Source: Octopus vulgaris
Taxonomy: Eukaryota
DNA length: 64,000 nucleotides
Direction: 5' to 3'
Assembly: GCA_951406725.2 (NCBI GenBank)
Contig: OX597818.1
Coordinates: 32,860,001-32,924,000, forward strand
Shown: piece after piece, positions 1-12,052 of the stretch
Layout of the letters: every line of letters begins with the position of its first letter
How positions within the stretch are numbered: position 1 is the stretch's first letter
The notes under the pieces: generated by a model
What the model was told of the DNA's origin: nothing
Seen by the model: only the letters and a program-made list of their open reading frames with translations
Databases searched by the model: none
Program-made: the position numbers and the translations under genes

Positions 1-24
1 TATATCTATCTATCTATCTATCTA

Positions 25-106
<82 letters not shown>
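1..106. repeat. Compound (TATC)n-(TA)n-(GATA)n microsatellite
   Basis: Directly visible simple repeats; the same compound types recur throughout the window. Confidence 0.95.
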
Positions 107-107
<1 letters not shown>

Positions 108-775
108 TCCCAAAAGTCACTGACGAGTTTTAATTTTTATAATAACTTCTTTAAGAATAGAATACAAAGTAATATGCACAAGTCAAATTTTGTAACACCA
201 CTATATCACGTATGAAAAACAGCATCGCTGACATAGAGGCATTTTCGGTTTTGCACGCCTGTGTTCTTTTCAAAATTTGCGTGCTACCTAGCAGTTTTGT
301 TATTTATTTGTTCCAGAAAAATGACAGGAAAATGTTACTGAGATTTAAAGTTTGACCAATTTTACCTAATCAGAAAACAAGATATAGAAGCTGGCATTTT
401 CTACATGATAACTGCATGATAGCTGGCACTTTCTGTTTGACAGCTGTCTATCACAAAATGAATTCAAAATCATTAGGAGTAGGATTATTTTTATACAAAC
501 GAAAACAAATCATTACGACGACGAAAATTGTAGGAACTTATGAAGTTTTAATGAATGAAGTCATGTAAAACAGTCGAACAGACAGGTAAATAATTTAATA
601 TGGAAAAGAATCCCCAACGAAGTCTTTTTGGGAAAAATTGCACAAATCTGTCCCGATCAAGAGGCCTATCTGTCGGGGAAGGCATAGTCTGACATGGAAC
701 GAACAAAACTTTATATAAGACATTTTGTTGTAAAAATTGCCTGGCAATGACGGGCTATTCTTCAAAACTAAAATA

Positions 776-846
<71 letters not shown>

Positions 847-933
847 ACATCCCCATTGTGTGGTTGGTTATCAGAGTGATTATGTTGCATACACGGACGG
901 ATATATAGATATATATGTACACATACATAACCC

Positions 934-973
<40 letters not shown>

Positions 974-2055
974 CTATACATATATATGTATATATACATA
1001 CATATATGTACGTATATATATATATATACGTAAATATATATATATGTGTGTATGTATGTATATATATACACACACATTGATACACGTACATACATAGACA
1101 TATATATCCGTTTGTATAGATATGTGAGTGTTTGTACGTGTTTCTTTGCGAGTCCGTGTGTGTGTGGTTAGGTATGTGTATGTGTGCGTGTGTTTGTGCG
1201 TGCGTATCTTTGTGTGTGCATAAATACATACATGTACATATATACACACCCTACTTCTATGCACGTGTGTATATGTGTCCCTCATGGCTAAACATTCCGG
1301 AACCAGTAGCTCTTGTACATATACTGTGTACATGGAAATGTCGTGTTGAAGAGACGTAACATATCAACTGATGTCAACATACAAGTGACAACATTGACTT
1401 GTCCTATGTCTACATTTTCTTCACACTGTCTCGTCATATATTTCCTTCAGTCGACGTTTCTTTTAATGCTTTTAAAAATCAAATCAAAATTCTATGTCTT
1501 GCATGACGCAAACATTTCCTAGATTGAAACAACTTTGGGGGCTAGATCAGTAAATATATCTATCAGGTGTGGTGCTACAATCTCAATTGAAAAGTTCATA
1601 ACCTTTTCTTAGGCTTAAAAAGGATTTTACAGAAATCCTTTTTATACAAAGCCATTGTGACATACAGCCATGTCATTAAATATCAACAAAGAGAAGAAAT
1701 AAAATGAGATTGAGAAATTTTAGAGAGAAAAAGAATCGAGTTACGTGTCCGGTGAGTAAATTTGTTTACACAGCATATGTATGTGTGAGTGGTTCTGTGA
1801 AGATTCTAGAATGCTTGTGGGTAACACTTTATTATCACAGAATATTTATTTGAAAGTTGGTTTTCTTTTTATATCAGTATGAGTGTTCCTTCTTTAGTTT
1901 TTCTAAGTTCGTATTTATGTATGTACGTATGTATGTATGTGTGTATGTACGTATTTTTGTAGGCAGTTATGTTTGTCTGTCTATCTTTCTATCTATCTAT
2001 CAATCTGTTTGCCTTTATGTCTATGTATATGTGTGTGTGTATATATATATACTAT

Positions 2056-2349
2056 GCGCCTTTTTCAAGCCTAGCCAGGCTCATGGGCCCGGTTTCCCGG
2101 TTTCTGTGGCGTATGTGTTCCCCCCAGCTGGACGGGACACCAGTCTATCGCAGCGTTACTCAAGAAACAGGAAGAGAGAGTGAGAGAAAATTGCGTCGAA
2201 AGAGAACAACAGGGGTCCCTCCCTGCCGGAGCCGCGTGGAGCTTTAGGTGTTTTCGCTCAATAAACACACACAGCACCCGGTCTGGGAATCGAAACCGCG
2301 TTCCTCCGACTGCGAGTCTGCTACCCTAACCCCTGGGCCATTGCACCCC
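2056..2349 (-). mobile_element. tRNA-derived SINE, family B variant
   Basis: Minus strand starts with a tRNA-like head (A box TGGCCCAGGGG, B box GTTTCGATTCC). Its 3' ~100 bp (GCGATAGACTGGTGTCCCGTCC...GGGCCCATGAGCCTGGCTAGGC) match the tail of the 4712-4955 copy, but the middle differs. Confidence 0.8.
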
Positions 2350-2364
2350 TCTCTCTCTCTCAAC

Positions 2365-2428
<64 letters not shown>

Positions 2429-2483
2429 TACTTACATATATACAGAGAGGTATATATATATATATATGTGTGTGTGTGTATAG

Positions 2484-2541
<58 letters not shown>

Positions 2542-2560
2542 TACATACATATATACGGAG

Positions 2561-2657
<97 letters not shown>

Positions 2658-2724
2658 AATTCGAAAGTAGGAGCACACTAAGGTATAGAGCAGTATATAT
2701 TAAAAATTGGGAAGGCCGGTTTAT

Positions 2725-2785
2725 GGGATTACCTTAGGTTTCTCGTCCATAATAGGTTTAGTTTTATGGCGTATCATCAGATCCC
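2725..2785 (-). ncRNA. Type I hammerhead ribozyme
   Basis: Minus strand reads GGGAU-CUGAUGA-[stem II, CCAUAA/UUAUGG]-GAAA-CC-UAA-GG-UA-AUCCC. Core intact, 5-bp stem I, predicted GUA cleavage between 2730 and 2729. Confidence 0.8.
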
Positions 2786-2866
2786 CAAAAGTGTTGGCCT
2801 AGATAGATAGATAGATAGATATTTCTCCCTCCATATTTCTAAGAGGTCATGCTCCAACAGGTCTTT

Positions 2867-2930
2867 GAGATCTGACGACTCACCATAAACCTAAAAATCC
2901 CTTTATGGGCGGGAAACCTAAGGTAATCCC
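2867..2930 (+). ncRNA. Type I hammerhead ribozyme
   Basis: GAGAU-CUGACGA-[stem II, CCAUAAA/UUUAUGG]-GAAA-CC-UAA-GG-UA-AUCCC. Core intact, stem I 4/5 paired, predicted cleavage after 2925. Confidence 0.72.
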
Positions 2931-2947
2931 ATAAACCGGCCTAAATA

Positions 2948-3104
2948 GGCGCTGAAGTGGCTGTGTGGTAAGTAGCTTCCTTACCAACCACATGGTCCCG
3001 GGTTCAGTCCCACTCGTTGCAACTTGGTAAGTTATCTTCTACTTTAGCCACGGGCTAACAGAAGCCTTGAGAATGGAATTGGTAGACGGAAAATTGAAAG
3101 AAGC
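2948..3104 (+). mobile_element. SINE family A, 5' part
   Basis: Head GTGGCTGTGTGGTAAGTAGC...GGGTTCAGTCCCAC matches the full copy at 17081. Confidence 0.85.
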
Positions 3105-3199
3105 TCTTCTTCAGAAACATGAGATAGAGATAAGTCCGATAGAAGAGGAAGACAGAGGAAAAAGAAGGCGCCAACGATTCACATGTGGTTACACGATGA

Positions 3200-3350
3200 A
3201 AGTCTTTTAGTTTCTGTCTAATAAATCTTCTCAAAAGAATCTAATTGACTCGAGGTAATAGCCGAAGACAAACGCCCAAGGAGTAACGCAATGGGACTGA
3301 ACCCAGAACCATGTGGTTGGAAATCAAGCTTCTTACGACACAACCATGCC
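3200..3350 (-). mobile_element. SINE family A, diverged 5' part
   Basis: GGGACTGAACCCAGAACCATGTGGTTGG matches the reverse complement of the family A head. Confidence 0.75.
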
Positions 3351-3376
3351 TAAATATATAAAGGAATATATATAAG

Positions 3377-3672
3377 AGCACACCGTCGATTACGACGACG
3401 AGGGACTCAGCTGATGCAATCAACGGAATAGTTTGCTCGTGAAATTAACGAGCAAGTGACTGAGCAATCCACAGACAGGTGTACCCCTAATATAGCTCTC
3501 AGTGAGATTCAGCGTGACACAGAGTGTGATAACTCCTTTTTGCCAGCAGAATGGACTGGAGCAACGTGAAATAAAGTGTCTTGATCAAGGACGCAACGCT
3601 TCGCTGGGAATGGAACTCACGACCTTACAATCGTGAGCCGAATGCCATAACCACTAAATCACGCGCCTTCAC
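3377..3672 (-). mobile_element. SINE family B head with a different tail
   Basis: 3535-3672 matches the reverse complement of the 4712 head and central block; 3377-3530 is an unrelated tail. Confidence 0.7.
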
Positions 3673-3722
3673 ACATGAATATATATATATATATATATAT
3701 ACATATACATACACACATACCC

Positions 3723-4111
3723 TTTACTCTTTTAGTCTTTTGTTTGTTTCAGTCATTTGACTGCGGCCATGCTGGAGCACCGCTTTTAGTCGAGCAAATC
3801 GACCGCAGGACTTATTCTTTGGAAGCCTAGTACTAATTCTATCGTTCATTTTTGACGAACCTCTAAGTTACGGGGACATAAACACACCACCATCGGTTGT
3901 CAAGCGATGTTGGGGGGACAAACACAGACACACAAACATATACACACACCTACATATACATATATACGACGGGCTTCTTTCAGTTTCCGTCTACCAAATC
4001 CCCTCATAAGGCTTTGGTTGGCCCGAGGCTATAGTAGAAGACACTTGCTCAAGGTGCCCGGAACCATGTGGTTTTAAAGGAAGCTACTTACCACGCAGCC
4101 GCTCCTGCGCC
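3723..4111 (-). mobile_element. SINE family A, near full length
   Basis: Reverse complement of 17081-17492, with a small deletion in the head. Confidence 0.92.
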
Positions 4112-4626
4112 TATATTTATACATACATATACATGTATATGCAAACGCTTAGATATAACAACGCATCAATATGCGCTTTCACACCTACAGAGCGCAACAG
4201 TTTTGATTGTTGTTGCTGTCTTCTGAGAATTTGCGGTTCCTCTATTGGATACGTTTGTAGACTCTGCATGTATGTTTGCCTTTCAGATATTTAATCTCAT
4301 CTCTGTGTATACTCCGTGGGTGGGTGTACAATACCTTGTACAGTGTTGTGCGTGGACATGCTTCCCTGTGTGTGCTCAATAAACATATTTGTTTGCACAC
4401 CAGGTAAATTAGATATGACCAAGGTATGTAAACTGAGTAAACCCGCGTGTGTGTTCTATTGAATTCGCTGTAGTTTGTATACTCGTAGATTAGACGACAT
4501 ATTTACCAGCTTTCATGTGAAATCTAAAATAGAAATTGTGGTGTGTGTGTGTATCTATCTATCTAACTATATCTCTGTCTCTCTGTCTCTCTGTCTCTCT
4601 GTCTCTCTGTCTCTCTGTCTCTCTCC

Positions 4627-4687
<61 letters not shown>

Positions 4688-4711
4688 CGCACATATTTAT
4701 GTATATGATGT

Positions 4712-4955
4712 GGAGGCGCATGGCTTACTGGTTAGGGTGTCAGCACCATGATCGTAAGATTGTGGTTTCGATTCCTGGACCGGGCGACGCGTTGTGTTCT
4801 TGAGCAAAACACTTCATTTCACATTGCTCCAGTCCACTCAGCTGGCAAAAATGAGTAACGCTGCGATGGACTGGCGTCCCGTCCGGCTGGGGAACGCATA
4901 CGCCATAGGAACCGGGAAACCGGGCCCATGAGCTTGGCTAGGCTTTAACAGGGCG
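4712..4955 (+). mobile_element. SINE family B, full length
   Basis: A box TGGCTTACTGG, B box GTTTCGATTCC, central TTGTGTTCTTGAGCAAAACACTT block, then GCGATGGACTGGCGTCCCGTCC (resembles the V-domain of SINEs, from recall). Homologs at 8731, 27796, 46472 and 55140. Confidence 0.9.
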
Positions 4956-5090
4956 AGTTTATATATTCATATATATGTATATGTGCGTGTGTGTATGTAT
5001 ACATGTATATGTATATGTATATATAATTATATATATTCATATATTCATATTTATATCCATAACTAAATATAAACCAATACAGCCATCCAC

Positions 5091-5130
<40 letters not shown>

Positions 5131-5578
5131 GACCACACACAGCACATACGCACACCTAAGTATGTATACATATACAAAGATACCTACATATTCATCACAT
5201 ACAACTACACATACAAACGCACCGTCACATGGACATAGATACCCCGGGCACACTTTAACTCAAAGATGAATACATATAGAGTGTAACATTACACATGTGG
5301 AGTAAACATATTAAGACGATCGTATTGCTAGACGACGTCCTCTGATATATGTGTGTGTGTGTGTGTATGTGTGTGTGTGTTTCTGTGCGTGTGTATATGC
5401 GTGTTTGTGTGGGGGGTCCCACTTCTAATATTTTGCCTATACACATACACGCACTCTCACACATCCATGTGCACACATGCCCACATACAAACTCGCACTG
5501 CTACTCATAACCAGCTCTATTATTACTAACACGATGCACATCATAAGACATCATCCTCTCACACATACATGAATGTAA

Positions 5579-5613
<35 letters not shown>

Positions 5614-5774
5614 AGTACGTAGACACACACTCATGTATTTAAAGAAACCTACATTGAGAATTTCGTATATAGTGCACAAATTCCATACATAATTCCATAC
5701 ATGAATTGCAAACACGCTCTTCCAAAAGCATAAGAATTCACGCAGACAAACATTCAGAAATCCTTGCCATCACA

Positions 5775-5999
5775 TACGAGGGAGTGCTGAAAAGATCCTG
5801 ATTTGGGTTATAAAGAAAATACAGGAGGATCAGTTAATTATTATTATCTTATCCAACATATTCCCTTCTCAGATTCACACACTTATTGCAGCGGTCCTTC
5901 AGTTTTCCTAAGCCCTCTAAAAGAACTCGGAAATTTGGGCCTCCAGCCAGGTTTTTTGCGATACGGTTTAAGTCAGGAACTTTATATCATTCCCTCATA
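5775..5999. mobile_element. Mariner-type MITE
   Basis: Imperfect TIRs TA-CGAGGGAGTGCTGAAAAGATCCTGA / TCAGGAACTTTATATCATTCCCTCA-TA; second copy at 46129-46348. Confidence 0.75.
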
Positions 6000-6545
6000 A
6001 TGCACGAATATAACACAATTTCATGTCTACATGAAGTGCACGCAAGCACATCTAATCGGATAGGAATTCACACATTCAGGAATCAACGCGAGCGCATATG
6101 CACACATGAACCTAGACACATGATCTATTATACAAAATCCGTTCTGTCTATCTGTGTGTGTGTCTTCTAGGATCTCGGGCATCCTCCATTCGATTGCGCT
6201 CAGATTTGATATGTACATACCGACGGTATCAGGGCGTGTATAAGTCTTGAAAAAAAAAATTACAAAAATCGATTCCAGGTGAGAATGCGATCGATAAAGC
6301 CGTTTTTGCCCTGCTTTTCTTCCGTCAACCTGTACATAACTGCACCTTCCATTTTTTGTTGTTTTTGTACTGCTTAAAGGCACGTTTCTTTCCTGCCAAG
6401 CTTACTGTTTAAACCATATTTGTTCTCCCAGTCAACAGCCTTATCATTACTGGTACTTTAAACTCTTCGGTTGCATATTTGTGTGAATAATATCGTTTTT
6501 CTTTGGAATAGAAAAAAAGTCTATCTTTATTTCTTCTTTTGCTGG

Positions 6546-6660
6546 TGTCTCAAATTTAGGTTAAATGAGTGTTTCTAAAAGGGGAGGCCTATGGGATGGT
6601 CGGACAAGTTGTTTTGAGAAAATTTGGTTTAAATGTTTGACAACTCAGCATCGTCCATTG
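6546..6660 (+). repeat. Dispersed repeat fragment, unclassified
   Basis: About 115 bp matching the reverse complement of 45228-45340 (GGGGAGGCCTATGGGA.GGTCGGAC). Confidence 0.75.
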
Positions 6661-7246
6661 GACGAGGGGGGGGGGGCGTTTTGCTCGTCTATATATATAT
6701 ATACGCATTGGGATCAGACAATGTTAATCTACGGTTCATATGTTTTTATTCCCAAGAAGTCTGCGTTAGAAGTCAACTGTACTCATTTATGCATTGGCAC
6801 AGCAAATCTACACATGTACAAAACATATACACATCCATACTCAGATACATATATACATACATTGGTACATTCATTCATGCATGCACACACACAAACACAC
6901 ACACACATATATATATATATATACAACAAGGCAGACATGCAATTATATGTGCGTACATGTACGGACGTACGTAGAGATATTATATACTTGTACAAGTTCT
7001 TGTACGTTATGTATACAACACGTGCATCTAATTTTTGGATAGGTTACAGGATGCAGATATACACATGCATATATCGACGAACACATAATATATACATAAC
7101 CATACTCATTCGTGAGCACGCTTGAACGTACACACGTGTGAGTCCGCATACTGACATATTAAACATATTCGTCGGTAAGGTTTTCTATATGTGGTTTTAT
7201 ATACATACAAAGAAACATACCTACACATGTATTTTTATGTGTGCAC

Positions 7247-7368
<122 letters not shown>

Positions 7369-7656
7369 GTATATAAACACACATTTCCACACATACGCAC
7401 AAATGTATACATATGTGTATAGATATAATTATATACATATATGTATATATCTATCTATATCTGTATGTATATGTATATACCCTTATATATATATATATAA
7501 ACACACACGCACATACATATACACACATATATATATATATGCATATATATATATATATGTATGTACATATGTATATGCATATATATAGACATATACATTT
7601 ATATATATATAATTATATCTATATACGTATATATACATTTATGTGTGATTGTGGAA

Positions 7657-7696
<40 letters not shown>

Positions 7697-7971
7697 TCTT
7701 GTATTCATATGCGTATATGTATATAGTATATAGATATTTATGTGTGTATGCGTGTGTCTGTGTGTGTGTGCTTGTGTGTATGTGTGTGTGTTTGTATGTA
7801 TGTATATGCAGATAGACAGACAGATTTTGGAACCTTGCTTAATTTATTAACAGACATGATCTCACGATATGAAAACAGGTCTACTTACAATATAAACAGA
7901 TGCATATGACTCACTCTCGGAGGGATGAAGGGGAGCAGAAGCAACAGCAACAATAACAAAATCAACAGCAT

Positions 7972-8028
<57 letters not shown>

Positions 8029-8411
8029 ATACTACTACTAATACTAATACTACTACTACTAATGACACCGTTACCGTTTTCTAATACAGGAAAAAAAGTC
8101 GACAAGAAGATCAACAATAAAGACGGGTTCTTAAAAGACCTATGAGGTGTATGTAATATCAGATTCAAACGTTAATATATACATGCAAATATACACAAGT
8201 AAATATACACACGCAAATATAGGTAGATCGTGTTAATTAAAAAAAAAGGGTAACAGAGCTCTTGGACCAGTTTCTACAACAGTAACTCTTTTATATCTCA
8301 ATATTTATACACGTAGACTGGTAGCTGTTACAATGTACCAGAGATACCCACCCTCTGTTGGTAATAAGCTCTGTTTGCCTAAAAATAATATAATGAAATA
8401 CAAAATAGTAC

Positions 8412-8460
8412 ATCCGCCCCTATCACTTCCGGTGTCCAATATCCTCCGCGCCGTTTTGTA
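8412..8460. promoter_or_regulatory. Candidate cis-regulatory motif cluster
   Basis: GC box CCGCCC (8414), ETS-type ACTTCCGG (8425), CCAAT (8436) and YY1-like CGCCGTTTTG (8448 region) within ~45 bp of non-repetitive-looking DNA; no linked exon found. Confidence 0.3.
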
Positions 8461-8730
8461 TAATGGACGTGTCATTCCTCGCTCAACGCTTTTTCCAACT
8501 GGAAAATCTTTGTTTGCTAGCAACTGCCAAATGTTAAACCATTGAATTGATATCTTAATATTATTCCTCGTTAAGAGTTGTGACGGTTCAGATAATATGT
8601 AGTGTGGCGGGGTTTCAGTTAAGAGTTGAGAGTTTTGTTTTTCTATCTCGACAGAATTCTTTGCTCTGAGTTTACAGCATGTATATCATTGAGGTGAAAA
8701 GATAGAGAATAATAAATAAATGATAATAAT

Positions 8731-8983
8731 AAGGTAAACATACCTTCCCGAATAATGCCGACTCATAAGGGCCAGTTTCCCGGCGTGTATATTCACCACC
8801 TGGACAGGATGCTAGGCCGTCGCAGGGTTGCTCCTTTTTGCCAGCTGAGAAGACTGGAGTGGATTGGAGCAGCATGAAATGAAGTGTTTTGCTCAAGAAC
8901 CCAATGCGTCACCCGATCTCAGGAATCGAAACCACAGTCTTACGATCATGAGAACAACATCCTAACCACTAAGCCATGCGCTT
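8731..8983 (-). mobile_element. SINE family B
   Basis: Reverse complement match to 4712-4955 (GGAATCGAAACCAC, GAAGTGTTTTGCTCAAGAAC). Confidence 0.85.
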
Positions 8984-9859
8984 ACGCAAAAGTTAGATAG
9001 ATCAAGAAAAAAAGGTGGATGAAACTAGATTTCCGGTATTACTGTAAATACGAAAGAGTTAAAATATACACTGAGTTAGGGAAAGAGAGAGAAATGAAAC
9101 AAAAGAAAAAAAAAGAAAAACAAGAGACTCACAGTGAGGGTCAAAAAGTGATTGTGAAATATACAGCGAGTGGTAAATTCATGGCAAAAATAATATAAAG
9201 AAGGTACCTCAGGTAGAAAAGTACTGACATTTAAAGTACAAATAAGTGATATAGACATAGAGAAGTAGAGAAAGAGAGATTGAGTGTCTGAGGGAGAGAA
9301 AGAGAGAGAACGGGGTAGAGAGAGAGGGGAGAAAGAGAGAGAATATGTGTATGTGAAAGAGAGACAGAGTGTGAGGGAGAGAAAGGGAATGTGAGAGAGA
9401 GAAAGAAAATGAGTGTGAGGGAGAGAAAGAGAGTGTGAGAGTGCATGTGTAAGTGTGTGTGTTTGTGTTTGTGTGCATGCGCGTGTGCGAGTTAGAGTAT
9501 GAGAGGAAGTGAATGAGCAAATCAGAGGTGTAGAAATATTGAACTAAATTGGAATATGTTCGAAATTTAATTGGTTGTGAAAATTGTCTCGTATACATAC
9601 CTGAGCGAATGAATAAAGAACATTCCTTCGAATGCTTTCTACCTTGGTTTCCCGTCGACTTAATAATTGATTGCCCTTCAGAGAAATTTAATTGGTGCAG
9701 AATAGAACATTCGCAATGAACTCATTCGTTGTGATGGCATTAAGTGAAATATGTTTATCTTATTGAATTCGAAACTCTTCAGGTAGTCTATTCAAGTCTT
9801 ATAACTGAAAACTAAGCCACATGGAAAACTAGGAAACAAGCAAAGAACAAAGCAAAATG

Positions 9860-9916
<57 letters not shown>

Positions 9917-10153
9917 TTAATGATAATAATAATAATCTAGCTCAAGCGGGGTATTGAGAATTTGTAAATGTATGAAGAGATGTCCACTTAGGAATATCCA
10001 AAGACTACCGTATTACTTATCATCGACTATAAAGTCCAGCACTTATTTGGCAGTGAAAGTCATCAAGTAGCAGATCACTCCAAAAAAGCCCACATAGTTG
10101 AAACAACGCAAAATATGTGAAATGAGCACTACATAAATGACAGCACCGGTGAG

Positions 10154-10216
<63 letters not shown>

Positions 10217-10272
10217 ATTTAATGCAGTTAATAATAACCTGGGTATTTGCACATGTAACACACACACACATG

Positions 10273-10304
<32 letters not shown>

Positions 10305-10491
10305 GGCGGCGAGCTGGTTAGAAACGTTAGCACGCCGGGCGAAATATATATATTCAAATTCCGCCGAGGTCGACTTTGCCTTTCATCCTTATATAAATTA
10401 AGTATTACGCACTGGGGTCGATGTATCGATTATCCCTTTGTCTGTCCTTGTTTGTCCCCTCTGTGTTTAGCCCCTTGTGGGTAGTAAAGAA

Positions 10492-10493
<2 letters not shown>
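10305..10493 (+). mobile_element. SINE family C, internally deleted
   Basis: Head GGCGGCGAGCTGG..AGAAACGTTAGCACGCCGGGCGAAAT and GAGGTCGACTTTGCCTTTCATCC block. Confidence 0.85.
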
Positions 10494-10554
<61 letters not shown>

Positions 10555-10702
10555 CTTGTTTCAGTCATTTGACTATAGCCATGGTGGAGCACCGCCATTT
10601 TTAAAGAATTGCCGCTAAGCATTTTGTTCGACGCACTAACGATTTTACCAGCTCGAATTTCTATATACATGCAATATTTTCAATAGTTACAAATTTCCCC
10701 AA

Positions 10703-10747
10703 GACACCTGATGAAGGCTGGAGGGTATATCAGCCGAAATGTTGTGC
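10703..10747 (+). ncRNA. Minimal Penelope-type hammerhead motif
   Basis: CAC-CUGAUGA-A-GGCUG(10-nt loop)CAGCC-GAAA-UG-UU-GUG. Core boxes and a 5-bp stem II are present; stem I is 3 bp and stem III is essentially absent. Confidence 0.6.
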
Positions 10748-11230
10748 TAACAACAAACAAGATGAGGACAAATATCCGTCGAATGTAAATAATGTACATA
10801 ATTCCTCATCTCTTAAATACAGAACTGTATATATATCGAAAGGAGTTTTATGCTTATTTTTGACATCCCTCCTATCTATATCAACAGATATGCCCACACT
10901 GATCGACCGGCCATATTGTACCACAAAACTGACCATGAGCCATAGTCGATGTCTTTATCATTTAAGCTAGTATTCATGCTACTTCATAAATAAAAATGAA
11001 TTCATGGATACGTGCGTATCATCAACTGTGTCTCGTACTATCTGAACTTTCGATTTTGTCTCGTCCTCAGTTCTGTGAATTAGACTTATTCTCCTTATTC
11101 TTTACCTCTACAAACGGAAAATATCTCATCATATGTGCTCATTACAGAGTACAAATATAATCCACGTAGATTTGGCAAAGCACGGATAGGTTTCTTCTCT
11201 CGTGCTTGGCTCATAGAAACTGACAAAGAA

Positions 11231-11773
11231 GGCGGCGAGCTGGCAGAAACGTTAGCACGCCGGGTGAAATGCGTAGCCGTATTTTTCGTCTGCCGTTACG
11301 CTCTGAGTTCAAATTCCGCCGAGGTCGACTTTGCCTTTCATCCTTTCGGGGTCGATAAATTAAGTACCAGTTACGCACTGGGGTCGATGTAATCGACTTA
11401 ATCCCTTTGTCCCGGTTTGTACCTTCTGTGTTTAGCCCCTTGTGAGTAGTAAAGAAATAGGTATTTCGTCTGCAGCTACGATCTGAGTTCAAATTCTGCC
11501 GAGGTCGACTTTGCCTTTCATCCTTTCGGGGGCGATAAATTAAGTACCAGTTACGCACTGGGGTCGATGTTTCAAATTCTGCCGAAATAGGTATTTCGTC
11601 TGCAGCTACGATCTGAGTTCAAATTCTGCCGAGGTCGACTTTGCCTTTCATCCTTTCGGGGGCGATAAATTAAGTACCAGTTACTCACTGGGGTCGTTGT
11701 AATCGACTTAATCCGTTTGACTGTCCTTGTTTGTCCCCTCTGTGTTTAGCCCATTGTGGGTAGTAAAGAAATA
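11231..11773 (+). mobile_element. SINE family C multimer
   Basis: One head followed by three full or partial body units, restarting at GTATTTCGTCTGC (11461, 11591). Confidence 0.92.
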
Positions 11774-11785
11774 AAATACGAGACT

Positions 11786-12052
11786 GACCACCAGATTTTG
11801 TAACATGCGCTTCCATTCACTTGCCCTCTTGTGAAATAATTTAGTTCTTCAATTTAAACCTGCACTTGAATACGATATGAACTGAACCACATTCGAAAAT
11901 CTTTCATTTTAATAGATATTGACAAAGGACCGCCGGATTTCGTACATGTACTTTCTTTCATTTGAACACTCGCAAAATAATTCAGTTCTATTATTTAAAT
12001 GTGCACTTGCAAACGATAAAAGCTGACCTACATTCGAAAAACTTTCATTTTA
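11786..12052 (+). repeat. Diverged ~142-bp tandem duplication
   Basis: GACCACCAGATTT...ACATTCGAAAATCTTTCATTTTAA recurs from 11928 as GACCGCCGGATTT...ACATTCGAAAAACTTTCATTTTAA. Confidence 0.8.

Larger units (their letters stand above)
2713..2942. mobile_element. Inverted-repeat element carrying two hammerhead ribozymes (Penelope-like inverted end or MITE-like)
   Basis: Perfect 30-bp inverted repeat (2713-2742 vs 2913-2942), extending imperfectly to ~70 bp per arm, around a spacer with (GATA)n. Confidence 0.7.

Noticed and set aside
105-620. Possible Tc1/mariner MITE starting GTCCCAAAAGTC
   Set aside because: No convincing matching right-hand TIR found.
1630-1757. Possible short exon ending at CCG|GTGAGT (similar donor near 10149)
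   Set aside because: A donor match alone; no recognisable peptide or partner exon.
11040-11075. Minus-strand CUGAGGA...GAAA hammerhead-like spacing
   Set aside because: Stem I cannot form after the putative cleavage site and stem II is only 2 bp.
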